A stretch of DNA of 55,415 bases from contig JALAGF010004817.1 of the NCBI GenBank assembly GCA_030167865.1, forward strand, positions 62,001 to 117,415, given 5' to 3'. This document shows, piece after piece, positions 1 to 10,294 of the stretch. The position numbers and the translations under genes are program-made. The notes beneath the pieces were generated by a model. It did not search any database and was not told where the DNA came from. It saw nothing but the letters and a program-made list of their open reading frames with translations. Origin of the DNA: Craspedostauros australis (Eukaryota). Positions within the stretch are counted from its first letter, which is position 1. Every line of letters starts with the position of its first letter.

Positions 1-1244
1 GACGAGTCCGAAGAGTCCGTCGAGGACCTTCTCGAACTGGAAGTACGGACGGAGCTCCTCCTCCTTGAGTTCGAACTTTGCCTCCTTGTAACGTTCGGAC
101 CAGAAGGTGGTGTCCCATGGCATGAGCTTCTCAAGGTTGGCTTCGGAGTAGTCCTCGCCGCCGTTCTCGCGTGCGTAGGCGGTGATGGATTCGAGCTCCT
201 TGTAGGCAGCGGGCAGGGCCTTCTCGAGGATGAGGTCCGACAGCTCCTCGACGGAGGCGACGCTGGGTGCCATCTTGGCCGCCAGGCTCTTCTCAGCGTG
301 GTTGGTGAATCCCAACATCGAGGCTGCCTCGGCGCGCAGGCTGAGGATCTCATCGATCAACGGCACGTTGTTGCGTGCGCCGTCGGCGTCCTTCTCGATG
401 TCGGATGCCTTCGTGAGGTAGGCCATGTAGATGGCTTCGCGTGTGGCGCGGTCTGGGATGTGCTGCATGGCGGCGAGGTAGGAGGGTCCGTCCAGGGTGA
501 TCTTCCATGGGCCTGCCTCCGCGTTTGGCTCCACCTTGTCGTCGTCGGTGGAAGCCCCCTGCGCGTACATCTGCGCCCACATGCCTAGGGCGGAGTCAGG
601 CACGCCCTTGACCGTGTCGGCATCCTCGATGACCAGGCCGAATGCCTTGGTGCTGTCGAGGACGTTGTTGGAGAACTTGAGGGAGAGCTCCGAGAGGCGC
701 ACTTTGATCTCGTTGAAGCGCTCCTTGGCATCGCCCTCCAGACCAACGCCGCCGAGCTTCATCTGCAGGAGGGACTTCTCGACGGCGCGGGCCTTCTGCT
801 GATCGAGGAAGGACTCGGCGTCGTCCGGCAGCGAATCCTGGATGCTCTCCAGGGCATCGTAGAGCGGCTTGGACTGCGAGAACTTGGAGAAGGCCTTGAC
901 GACCTTTGGCTGCGCCTCCTCGTAGGCCTCGCGCAGCTCATCTCCGTTCTTGACTCCGTTGAGGTGGCCGGCGACGCCCCATGCGTATCCCAGCGGCTCC
1001 TGCATCTTCTCCAGCTCCGGAATGACCTGCGGGTACTCGATGGCCGTCTCCTTCTCGTTCTGCACCAGGCTTTCCTCCAGAGCAGCGAAGTCGGTCTCGA
1101 GCTTGTGCAGCAGGGAATCCACGGCTGGCGTCAGGTGCTTTGGCTCGATGGAGGCGAACTTGGGAAGTCCAGCTTGGTCCATCAGCGGGTTCTCCACTGT
1201 GGTGGCTGTGGCGGTCATGGTGCGGTGTGTCGATGCGATGCAAG
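1..1244 (-). CDS. Oligopeptidase A / organellar oligopeptidase (peptidase M3A), main exon, 3'-truncated by the window edge
   Basis: Missed by the ORF track because it runs off the edge. Hand translation from ATG 1218 reads MTATATTVENPLMDQAGLPKFASIEPKHLTPAVD...AWGVAGHLNGVKN...FSNNVLDSTKAF...GPWKITLDGPSY...LGFTNHAEKSLAAKMA...PWDTTFWSERYKE...EELRPYFQFEKVLDGLFGLV, the PrlC/OpdA pattern. Acceptor CCACAG lies just before 1244. The HEXXH site is outside the window. Confidence 0.95.
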
Positions 1245-1607
1245 CTGTGGGTGAATATAATATAATAGAATATTATATAATCGAAGTGTATGAATGTGTA
1301 TGAATACGTGTGAATGTGTATGAACGTGTGTGAGCGTATTTTGTGTGGGAGCCAATTTGGTGAGCGTGCGTTGGTTTGTGCGGCGAACGAAACTGAAAGC
1401 GAAAAAGAAAAGGAAGAGCATCGAAGAGAACAGAACATGAATGGCCTCTCTGTCGTTGGGGATCAAAGGCAACCAACCAAGAAACGATCTTTCATCCCCA
1501 CGCGTTGTGCATCCACACGCCATCCTCCAACGCACTCCATCAAACAACACATTACATTACAATACACCACATGACATGCCAACCAACGAAAGCTGATGAC
1601 AGAGTAC

Positions 1608-1656
1608 CTCTCGCACGCGTCAGCAGCGGCCGATGCAGCAGGCGTCGTAGCATCAT
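1608..1656 (-). CDS. Alternative first exon B of the oligopeptidase: mitochondrial-type presequence
   Basis: accATG at 1656 encodes MMLRRLLHRPLLTRAR+G, then donor AG|GTACT at 1607. Phase 1 joins acceptor 1244 in frame (ACIASTHRT-M). Arg/Leu-rich with no acidic residues. Confidence 0.7.
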
Positions 1657-1710
1657 GGTCAGATTTTATGACGGTTCTCGTTTGCCGCTTGTGCAATCCT
1701 CGTCACTCAC

Positions 1711-1801
1711 CATTGCTGGCTGCCTTGACGTGCGTGAAGGCCGAAGCCGCACGGCTGGATGTCAGCAAAATCAGCGTGGTAACCTTGGAATGGAACTTCA
1801 T
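1711..1801 (-). CDS. Alternative first exon A of the oligopeptidase: bipartite plastid presequence
   Basis: accATG at 1801 encodes MKFHSKVTTLILLTSSRAASAF-THVKAASN+G, then donor G|GTGAGT at 1710. Phase 1 joins acceptor 1244 in frame. Contains the diatom ASA-F cleavage motif. Confidence 0.8.
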
Positions 1802-2215
1802 GGTCAACTCTTTGTTCTATGGCAACAATGAAGCACAATGACAGAGTGATGGTGTTGCTATTGTCGTTGCTGTTGCTGTTGTTGTTGCTATTGTCGTTGT
1901 TGGCTCTGATCTTGATGACGATGATGGCATCAGCGGTTGCAAACACTTGACGAAGCAGCCACAAAGGTGGCGCCGATCTTGTTCTTGGATTGCACTTTGT
2001 GACGTGGAGAAGTGTGTCATCATCGACTCATTCGTCCGTGAGTCATCGTCCGACAAGATCTGTTGATTCTAGATTTGCATCCCGTAGACTATGATACAAC
2101 CAACAGAAGTCATCATCGCGCTGACGATAGCGTCGGAGGATGGTGATATAGAGTACTATGCTATGCTATTTTCCAGAGTATGCTCCACAGGATGCAGCGT
2201 TCTCCGACGACTACC

Positions 2216-4918
2216 CTACCGACGTCGATGACTGCGGCTGCCATGCTTGTGCTTGGTTGGCTTGTCGTCCAACGACAGGCATCCCCGGGCGATCAGTTCC
2301 TCCACCAACTCCTTGCGCACGTCCTCTCTCACTTCATTCGCAATGGCTGCCTTGTGCCGTGCGACGATGCGTTCGACGCGGCCCAGCGCCTTGTGCATGC
2401 GCAGGCATTGCTTGCGGCAGCTCTTCACCGCCATGCTCAGCGGGATGTTGTCATCGCTGAAGTCATCCAATCTTGTCCCGTTCGCACCCGTAGCTGCCGG
2501 TGCGGTTCTGGACAGCGTTCCATGCCGTCCGTTCGTGCGTGCGGCTCTGGATCCGTTGGGGAGCGACCCTGAGCCAACCGCTGTCAGAGCCTCATTTCCG
2601 GGTGCCCGCGGTCTCTTGGAACGCGTCTTCTTGCGCGATTTGCCCTTCACAAGTGGACGCGGGTTGCTGTGCTGGATGCTTGAGTAGTTCGACGTGGTCA
2701 GGCCACTGTCGTATTCGCTCGTCTCGTTCGACGAGGTGCTATCGCTGTCGCCGCCGCTACCACTTTCGTCTTGTTGAGCACCGCGTGGTCCTGCTGGAGC
2801 CTTTGCGACGGTAGAATGCCGCGTGCGTTCATTGACCTTGACTCCATCACTCTGGTCTTGGCGCTTGACCACCACTGCAGTAGCAGCCTCAACATCGCCA
2901 ACGCCATCGTCCGCATCAACTGCAACGGTCTGCGGCGAAGCGTCTTCCGCCCGCCGCCGCGCGTTGCGTACATGTGTCTCGGACGAGGGAAGCGGCCAAC
3001 GTCGCTTGCGTTTCGCAGAAGTTTGGTTGGACGGAGTCTCCGCCTCGAGTCGCTTGTTGATGCGATCCAGATTGATCGGCGATACGCGCACCGACTGGCT
3101 CATGATCTCGAGACATGCTAGAACCTTCTCTCGCACGGAATCGTCCATGTGCTTCGTGTTGAACAGCGCCATGCATCGCGCGGCGCGTGCCACGAAGATC
3201 TCCGACTTGTAGCTGTCGCGTCGATTGGTATCATAGTAGAAGCTCGAATCCACAGAGGCCAGTCTGACGAAGCGCGCCTCCCAGCCGTACTCCACGAGCA
3301 CGTCACGCACCGTCTGGGATGTCTCGAGGTCCTCGGCCACCTTGGCGAGGAGCTCATGCGATGCCTTGAGGAAGCGCTGCTCATGCAGACAGAGCAAGAG
3401 ATGCGTCTTGGGAAAGTATCCAGTTTGCATCCCCCGGATTCTGCCGTTCTGCCAGTCGTGGCTGTAGAGCATCCCGGACTTGCCGATGGCTTCGTACACA
3501 GTGTTCAGTGTCCCCGCTAGCGCTTCGCCAAACACCTCGACTGGGTCTGTGCAGTACTTGCTGTCGTTCTTGTTGCCTCTGCTGCTGCTGTTCTTGGCGG
3601 AGCTGCTTCTGGTGTGGTTCTTGGTCTGGGGCGTCTCGTCTCCTTCGTCGTTGCTGTCGCTGTCATCGTCGAACTGCCCCAGCAAGGCCTTCATGGCATC
3701 GAAGAGATCCTCGCCGACCTCCGCGCTCTCGTTGGCTTCGTAGGGCGACCCTTCGATCTTGTCCATCGATTCGATGTCAGCGTAGAAGCGCTTCGTCTTG
3801 TAGGGTATCTGGTACACCTCGTCGCCTGCCCCCGAGCTGCGCGTGGTCTTTCGCATCGTCGCTGCTGCCGCTGCAGCGTAGAAGGAAGAAGGAGGCACTG
3901 CACTGGAGGAGAGACTCGTTTCTTGCTTGGATTTCGCGCTTGTCGTGGCAGCTGCAGTTGCAGCAGTGAGAGGCGCATCCGGGTCGATGATCGTCGCGGA
4001 CTGTGGATCTCGTGATGCTGCTGCTGCTGCTGCTGGTGGTTCGGACCGCGTGGCTGTGGCTGTGTGATGCAACGGTTGCGTCCCATTCGCATCGTTGGAA
4101 TCGTCGTGAGTAGAGGTGCGGGCTGGCATCTTGCGATCATCTTGGTGGTCATCGTCGTCGCCGTCGTCGTCGTCCTTGTCATTGGACGCAGCCGTGGTTG
4201 ACGTTGTGGTTCCAGCTGCGGAGGCTTCTGGTGTGGTCGGTCCTGTCGATATCATTGCTGTTGCTGCAGCTGTTGCTGCCATTGATGCTGCCATTGGTGC
4301 TGCTGCTGTGGTGGAACACATCATGGGCGATCGCGCGGGAGGCAAGGAAGGCGGAAAGGACGAAGACGAGGCGAACATTGGAACAGGTTCCGACGGGGCA
4401 GATGAGACGTTCGTGATGGGAGAGCTCGCGGAACCTCCGCCTTGGCGCTCGGCAGCGGACTGCCCCGTGCCGTTGGACTTGGGCGACTTGGAAGGCATCG
4501 AGGAGGATCTCTTCTTCTTGCTCTTCCGACTTTCCTGCCAACTCAGCAGCTTGGCGCTACTTTTGCGTATTCTGGTGCTACGCGTTCTGGGGCTGCTGCC
4601 GTCGGCGTCGGCGTTGCCGTCGACGTTGCCGTTGGTGTTGTTGCTGATGTTGTTGCCCTGTTGGTCCATCTGGTCTGCCCGATCCATCTGATCTGTCTGA
4701 TCTGCCTGGACTTGCTTGGATGCACTCGCTGCGGTGGACACCGCCTTGGTGGAAGCGGACGATGGACTTGATGAATCCAAACCCACACTTCGACTTTCGG
4801 ATTGAATGCAAGACGCAGCGATGGTCAGCTTGGAAACCTTCTGCGTTGCTGGATGGACGAATGCCAGCTCGCGCTCCTCTTCTCGATGCACCTGCTCTGC
4901 TTCTTGCTGCGAATCCAT
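2216..4918 (-). CDS. Hypothetical ~900-aa protein: long Ser/Ala/Thr-rich disordered regions, central helical domain, C-terminal coiled coil, basic NLS-like patches
   Basis: 905-codon open frame; the first ATG (MDSQQE) is at 4918 and the track start is TTG. No family recognised. Confidence 0.75.
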   Translation of the reverse strand: MDSQQEAEQVHREEERELAFVHPATQKVSKLTIAASCIQSESRSVGLDSSSPSSASTKAVSTAASASKQVQADQTDQMDRADQMDQQGNNISNNTNGNVDGNADADGSSPRTRSTRIRKSSAKLLSWQESRKSKKKRSSSMPSKSPKSNGTGQSAAERQGGGSASSPITNVSSAPSEPVPMFASSSSFPPSLPPARSPMMCSTTAAAPMAASMAATAAATAMISTGPTTPEASAAGTTTSTTAASNDKDDDDGDDDDHQDDRKMPARTSTHDDSNDANGTQPLHHTATATRSEPPAAAAAASRDPQSATIIDPDAPLTAATAAATTSAKSKQETSLSSSAVPPSSFYAAAAAATMRKTTRSSGAGDEVYQIPYKTKRFYADIESMDKIEGSPYEANESAEVGEDLFDAMKALLGQFDDDSDSNDEGDETPQTKNHTRSSSAKNSSSRGNKNDSKYCTDPVEVFGEALAGTLNTVYEAIGKSGMLYSHDWQNGRIRGMQTGYFPKTHLLLCLHEQRFLKASHELLAKVAEDLETSQTVRDVLVEYGWEARFVRLASVDSSFYYDTNRRDSYKSEIFVARAARCMALFNTKHMDDSVREKVLACLEIMSQSVRVSPINLDRINKRLEAETPSNQTSAKRKRRWPLPSSETHVRNARRRAEDASPQTVAVDADDGVGDVEAATAVVVKRQDQSDGVKVNERTRHSTVAKAPAGPRGAQQDESGSGGDSDSTSSNETSEYDSGLTTSNYSSIQHSNPRPLVKGKSRKKTRSKRPRAPGNEALTAVGSGSLPNGSRAARTNGRHGTLSRTAPAATGANGTRLDDFSDDNIPLSMAVKSCRKQCLRMHKALGRVERIVARHKAAIANEVREDVRKELVEELIARGCLSLDDKPTKHKHGSRSHRRR

Positions 4919-5887
4919 TTGGTTGGTGGCCAACTTGGGGTTGTGCAGAATCGCGGCGAACCTTCAATCATCAACTCTCCGAAATCGATGGAGGCAAGAA
5001 ACAAGGCGGTCACCGTGCGCGCGAATGCAAAAACACACAAGAAGGCGAGCGCGACGATGCGAAGCGTTGCCGCCTTGGTTGTTTGTGGCATTTTTTTGAA
5101 TTGTGGCGCGCCTCTTCTGCCATTTGAGTTCGGCACTACTTCAGTACTATACCCGTTACAAACGGTCATCAGGTCAACCCAAATCGCCGAATCTCACAAA
5201 CGGCGCCATTCATCCTCTATTTTTGTGATTGACGTTCGGACGTTGACGCCAATGGAGAGCCGATCGCAGGGTGGCTGAGGTGCAATGTTGCGGTGCGGTC
5301 ACTCGACTTCACTGTGCTCATGATTCAACAGACAACCATCCCAACTTGACAAGGACGGATGCTCTATCCATGCATTCTCCCTCTCTCGAGAGTGCTTGGG
5401 TGTGGAGTCTTCGTAGTGTGGAGAGCATAGTCGTAGCAATGCGATGATACGTGGAGGCACGGAGCTGGACAATTCACTTCGCTTCTGTCCCACTATGCTC
5501 TATTGCTCCACAGTGTGTACTCGTTGTGGATATACTGTTGTGGTATTAATCATTATAATAGTGGAGTAGAATAGGGATAGTGAATTTGGTTGTGCAACGT
5601 GATGTGACTTGACATCACGTGATTCGGATGATTCAGCAGAGTATCAATGCAGTCGATGATTAGCTGTTTTTGGACTCAAGGTTTCCATGCTGCCGTCGTG
5701 ATTGGACCTGGGAGGTTGCACACCTCCTCCAGGTGTTTGCGGTTGCCAGTGTCATATCCTCGCATCGTCGTGGTAGAGTATGTGCTTGGTGTTGTTGCGG
5801 TGTTTGTTGAATGGAGAAGGTTGATCTAATGCTTGCCTTGATTGGCGTCGATGGCAGCACAAAATTGGCATTTGCTGCTCCACATTC

Positions 5888-7328
5888 TTAGTCTTCAGCA
5901 CTCTTAATTCCAAGCGTCGATCGGATGGTGCATATCAGTGCCTCTCTGGCCTCAATGCCGGTCTCGGCCTGTTCGATCGAGGTCTTATTGAATTCGTCAG
6001 TGTACTCTTTGATGTGGCCTGCCTTTGCTGCTTTTGATCTTGACAGCTCGCCGCACTCACGGGTTTGCGGGTCCACAAAGAGCAGCTCCTGCCCCACCTC
6101 GTTCTTGGAGCGCTTCTTCAATGAAACGCCCCAGAGGTTCTTGACGGCCGCTTCCTCCTCCAGGGTCACTTCATCCAGATCCTTCACAGTCTTCTGAATC
6201 ACCAGCTGCGTGGCGACGCCCAACGTCGGGTGCTCCTTCAGCTTCTTCACGAGGGCGCTCTTCTCGGTGTCGTCACGCACGGCGCCCTTGATCTTCAGCT
6301 CGCTGCCGTCCGGTGTGATCAGACCCTCCTCGAGGGCGTCATCGCGCTCCATCTCGAAGACGGACGCCGTCTTCATGTCGACGAAGATGATTGGATCTGG
6401 CTCTTCCTCTGGTTCCTCCGCGAACTCGCGGCATTTCAACATGACTGAAATCGGAGGTTGTTGTGGATTGTGTTGTCATGGCAGTGTTGGAATTGTCAGT
6501 ATTGTCAGTATTGTCAGTATTGTTGAAGATGATGAGCAGCGCAGTGCAATGAGGTGAGGGGTGTGTTGCTTGTCACAGCTCGTACGCGACGAACGAAACA
6601 ATGCTGGCATAGCTCATAACAAAGCACAGAAAACAAAGCATTGAAGCTCAGGTCCAATCTGATTCAACACAGAGTAACGCAACACAACGCAACGTAACAC
6701 GACGAAATACACGATACAACGCCACATGCAACGTACCTTCGTACAGCCCCAAGTCGGCCATGACGTCGCAAAATCGCTGCAGCTGCGTGCCGTACCCGGT
6801 GAAGAGCTCGAGCTGCTGCTTGTCGGCGACTTCCGTCAGCTTCTCTTCACGGAACAATGTGAGCACCTCATTGATGTACTTCATGCGTTCGTACTCCTCG
6901 AATCCGTCACGCACCAGCACGGCACCGAGCTGGTACTTGGTGAATTCCCGTCGCTTCTCATCCTGACTGGTGGCGGGGATCAGCTCCTCGGTGGCCTTGA
7001 CGAGTCGCTCCAATTCCTTGCACAGCTCGTTGAGGGCGTTGCGCCCCTTGACGGTCACCTTTTCGTTCGTGAGGCTGCCATCGGAAACAAAGCCCTCCAC
7101 CTTGGTCAACCGGGCGACGAACTGCGCCATCTCCTCGCCAAACTCCCTGTAGGCCTTGTCACCGATCTCGATGCCGTCGGACTCCAGCAGACTCTGGAAT
7201 CGGGAGAGGAACGAATTCTTCCATCGTCGGAATGCCTTGAAGGTCTGGACGAGATCCAGCTTCTCCAACAACCCGCGCAGCTCGGGGTCGAATTTCAATG
7301 GGTTTCCTGCCTGATCTTTGGATGCCAT
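5888..7328 (-). CDS. Two-exon hypothetical protein (382 aa): helical N-domain plus the C-terminal duplicated 'FxD...VKNLWGVxLKKR' domain
   Basis: join(7328..6737, 6444..5888). Donor GAAG|GTACGT and acceptor TTTCAG|TC restore the frame (...GLYE-V-MLKCRE...). The C-terminal half aligns by eye with the C-terminus of the 19055-20800 protein. Confidence 0.85.
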
Positions 7329-8007
7329 GGTGCTGATGCCGATAGTGATGCTGATGCTGATAGTGATGCTGATGTCGTTGTCGTCGTAATTATGGAAGCG
7401 CAGGATGCGTTGCGACGCGATACCGTATTGCGAGGTTCGTTCTGTGGACAAGCAGTGGTGTTGTGCGTAGTCGTGGTGTGACTCTGTGTTGGTGTGTATC
7501 GCCTGCATCGACGGTCGGAGAAGCCCCTCCGGAAAGACCGCCAATCGTTGATCGTCGATTGTCGTGTCGAGAGGTGGAGCTTCCCAGCCCGTCTGTGGTT
7601 GTTGGCTGGCTCTCCGGAGCGGTGGCGCACAAACAGATCCAGACATCGTCGTTGTTGCGCTTTTGTGGCGAAAGCAGTATCTTTCGGGTCATCACGACTC
7701 ACATCAGATGACCATCATGTTCGTCCCAACGAGAGACACGAGCGATTCATTCTTCGCAACGAAGTCTACCCATCATGCAACTAGGATGAAGGTGGAATAC
7801 GACTAGTCGTACTCGTGTGGTGCGAGCACGGGAGAGTGTCCGATACGAACCACCATTCGCATTAACCATAGTTCGTGCAATGCATATGATAAGAGTTAAG
7901 CATCTGCTACCATTTTTATGCCCATGAAGATTTCCGAGTGAAACACATCCGAAGTTTCCACAATTCATCAGCTTGCGCAGACATGACATCGAGTTGACAA
8001 ACTCGAG

Positions 8008-9807
8008 CTACAGCACGATGTCCTCATCCTCCTTGATTGGCTTGAATGCAGGCATGGTGTAGCTGAGATCGATCTCTGGTTCGATGACGACCTCTGGTTC
8101 CGGCGGTGGGTTGTTCCTCAGGAAGTTCTGAAACTGTCCCAGCAGATCCTTTGCCAGTTTGCCATGACCGGGTTCGGAGATCAACCGCATCATCCAATCC
8201 ACGCTGTTGCCGCTGGTTCGATACAGGCAACCGACCAACAACGCCGTGTATTTGTCCAGCTCTTGCGCATTCGTCAGGGTGTAGGTCATAATGTCACGCT
8301 TGGCTGCGGTGTCGTACAGGTGACAGGAAGCGCGCGAAACATCATCCAGCTCCTGCCCCGAGTACGAATTGATCGTGATGCCAAGATACAGGATGCTGGG
8401 GTCGATGTCGCTCAGCTTGAGACGGATCGTCTCGTCGTCTCCAGCCGATGCACCGCTCCGCTCGTCCCCGGAATGCTGGATGGCACCATCATCGGACGTT
8501 TTGCGGTTGAAGAACACCTGATCCTTCAGGCTGTAATCGGCGCCCAGGCACAGAATGCTAGCGTCCAGGTCGATGTTCGCTCCGTTGGTGATATCCCACG
8601 CGAGCCCGAAGCTCAATTCGCGGAATGTGGCATTCTCCACATCCTCCGTCTGCGAGAACTCTTCACGCAACGACCGCGTGCCAAAGTCTCGCAATCGGAT
8701 GACGCCGTTCTTGCGCATGACGGCAATGCGCTCGCCCGCATCGATGTCGATGTTGGGTAGTAGGTCTCTCGTGAATCCCTTGACGTGGGGGATGACGGAT
8801 CCGAAGTCCCGCGCGTGCGGATCACCAACCTCGAGGGGGCACAGCATCCAGTCGTCCGACGTCGTCGAATCGCGTGCCAAGCGAGCGAGGAACATGGTGG
8901 AGAATGGTCCCCGTTCGGATGGGACGAACTGGCAAATGGGCTTCCCGCTACCGCTCCCGTTATTGTGGCCCGGAGCTCCCGTCGCTGCCGCTTGTTTGCG
9001 GTAGATGTTGACCCGGGTCGATCGGACCTGCTCCAGGGTCTTTTTGGGCGTGGCAACGCTCAGTATGATGTACAGTGCGAGGACGTTGGACGGGATGCGG
9101 TTGAGCTGCACGGAAATTCGCTCATCGTCACCGGACGATTCACCTGTGCGCTCGTCGCCGCTGTGGGTGATGGAGCCATTCCGGTTGGACAAGTTCCCGT
9201 AGTACACCGTCTCATCCATGAGGAACTTGCCGTTACGATCCAGGGCCACGCAAGCCGCGTCCAGGTCCACCGCGTTCTTCAAATTGAAATCGGCATCCCA
9301 GGCCAACCCGACATCGATCTGCGAGGATTGGACCGGGATCATGTTGCCCGGGACGATGCTGAGCGGCTTGTCGATGCTCACGGAGACCAGGAGTTCGCCG
9401 CTCGCATTCTTGCAGAAGTGCGGCTTGGCACCATTTGTGACGGTGTGCCATTTCTGCGATGAAGGAGAGTCGATGGGAACGTAGACGGATCCCATGGCAT
9501 CATTCGACCCGACCAAGTCGCGGTCGTAAATGACAAGCAGCAGAGAGGAGTTGGGGCCGCCATTGTGCTTCTGCTGCTCACGGAGAATGAGATCGAGTGG
9601 GATCTTGAAGGACTGTTCCCAGGTCGGTCCAAGGGTCCTTGGCTTCGTCTGCGTCTTGCCCAGCTGTTGCTTCGAATCGTTGTGAGCGAAGATCTGAACG
9701 TAAGGATCGGACGTCGTCTTCTTTCCAAGCATGTTCTTGTCCTTTGCCACGAGATTGCGTCCGGCATGGACGGTGATGGTCACCGATGGGGCATTGGGAT
9801 TTACCAT
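8008..9807 (-). CDS. C2 domain plus tandem TerD domains protein (599 aa)
   Basis: C2: VTITVHAGRNLVAKD...SDPYVQI...KTQTKPRTLGPTWEQSF...IYDRDLVGSNDAMG. Two TerD copies: GLAWD...VDLDAAC...HSGDERTGESSGDDERI and GLAWD...IDLDASI...HSGDERSGASAGDDETI. Start MVNPN at 9807 follows a repeat-rich leader. Confidence 0.92.
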   Translation of the reverse strand: MVNPNAPSVTITVHAGRNLVAKDKNMLGKKTTSDPYVQIFAHNDSKQQLGKTQTKPRTLGPTWEQSFKIPLDLILREQQKHNGGPNSSLLLVIYDRDLVGSNDAMGSVYVPIDSPSSQKWHTVTNGAKPHFCKNASGELLVSVSIDKPLSIVPGNMIPVQSSQIDVGLAWDADFNLKNAVDLDAACVALDRNGKFLMDETVYYGNLSNRNGSITHSGDERTGESSGDDERISVQLNRIPSNVLALYIILSVATPKKTLEQVRSTRVNIYRKQAAATGAPGHNNGSGSGKPICQFVPSERGPFSTMFLARLARDSTTSDDWMLCPLEVGDPHARDFGSVIPHVKGFTRDLLPNIDIDAGERIAVMRKNGVIRLRDFGTRSLREEFSQTEDVENATFRELSFGLAWDITNGANIDLDASILCLGADYSLKDQVFFNRKTSDDGAIQHSGDERSGASAGDDETIRLKLSDIDPSILYLGITINSYSGQELDDVSRASCHLYDTAAKRDIMTYTLTNAQELDKYTALLVGCLYRTSGNSVDWMMRLISEPGHGKLAKDLLGQFQNFLRNNPPPEPEVVIEPEIDLSYTMPAFKPIKEDEDIVL

Positions 9808-10294
9808 GCTGTTTGCGTTTGTGTATGCGTTTGTGTATGCGTATGCGTAGTGTACGTGTGAAGCGCTGGGATGCTGTATTGGTAGAGTAGGTCGTATTGT
9901 CTGTGTCTTCTTGTTGACTTTATGAGCGAGGATCGAGATCTCTCTGCTCCTCCTCTCTTCTCTGTCTCTGCTTTGTGCTTTGTGTGGTGGATCTGTCAGT
10001 TTCATGTGATGCCCATCAAGGTCGCACATACGATTCAAATGGGCAGTTGACTTTCCACGACTCATACGCGCAGATTCAATCACGTAAACGAAAGAATGAA
10101 ACACGACAAAGACTCGACTTTGCTTGCGCAATCGCGATACCCCTCACTCAGTGCAGGTGACTGCCCCCAAGAGAGGATGCGGTGACGAGGTCGCAGTCAA
10201 ACGATCATGATTGCTGAGTGCTGTATGAGTTATATCATGCCATAGATCGGAGAGTACCATAGAGTGCATGTACCATGTGCATGTACTCCCCATT

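Noticed and set aside
5676-5765. Short minus-strand ORF (MRGYDTGNRKHLEEVCNLPGPITTAAWKP) with an imperfect hairpin near 5706-5734
   Set aside because: Too short, no homology cue, and it lies just downstream of the 5888 gene.
7329-7646. N-terminal extensions in the ORF track (also 9808-10131, 45477-45674, 47468-47572, 51542-51712)
   Set aside because: Non-ATG or weak starts running through microsatellite-rich 5' UTR-like sequence; downstream ATGs fit better.
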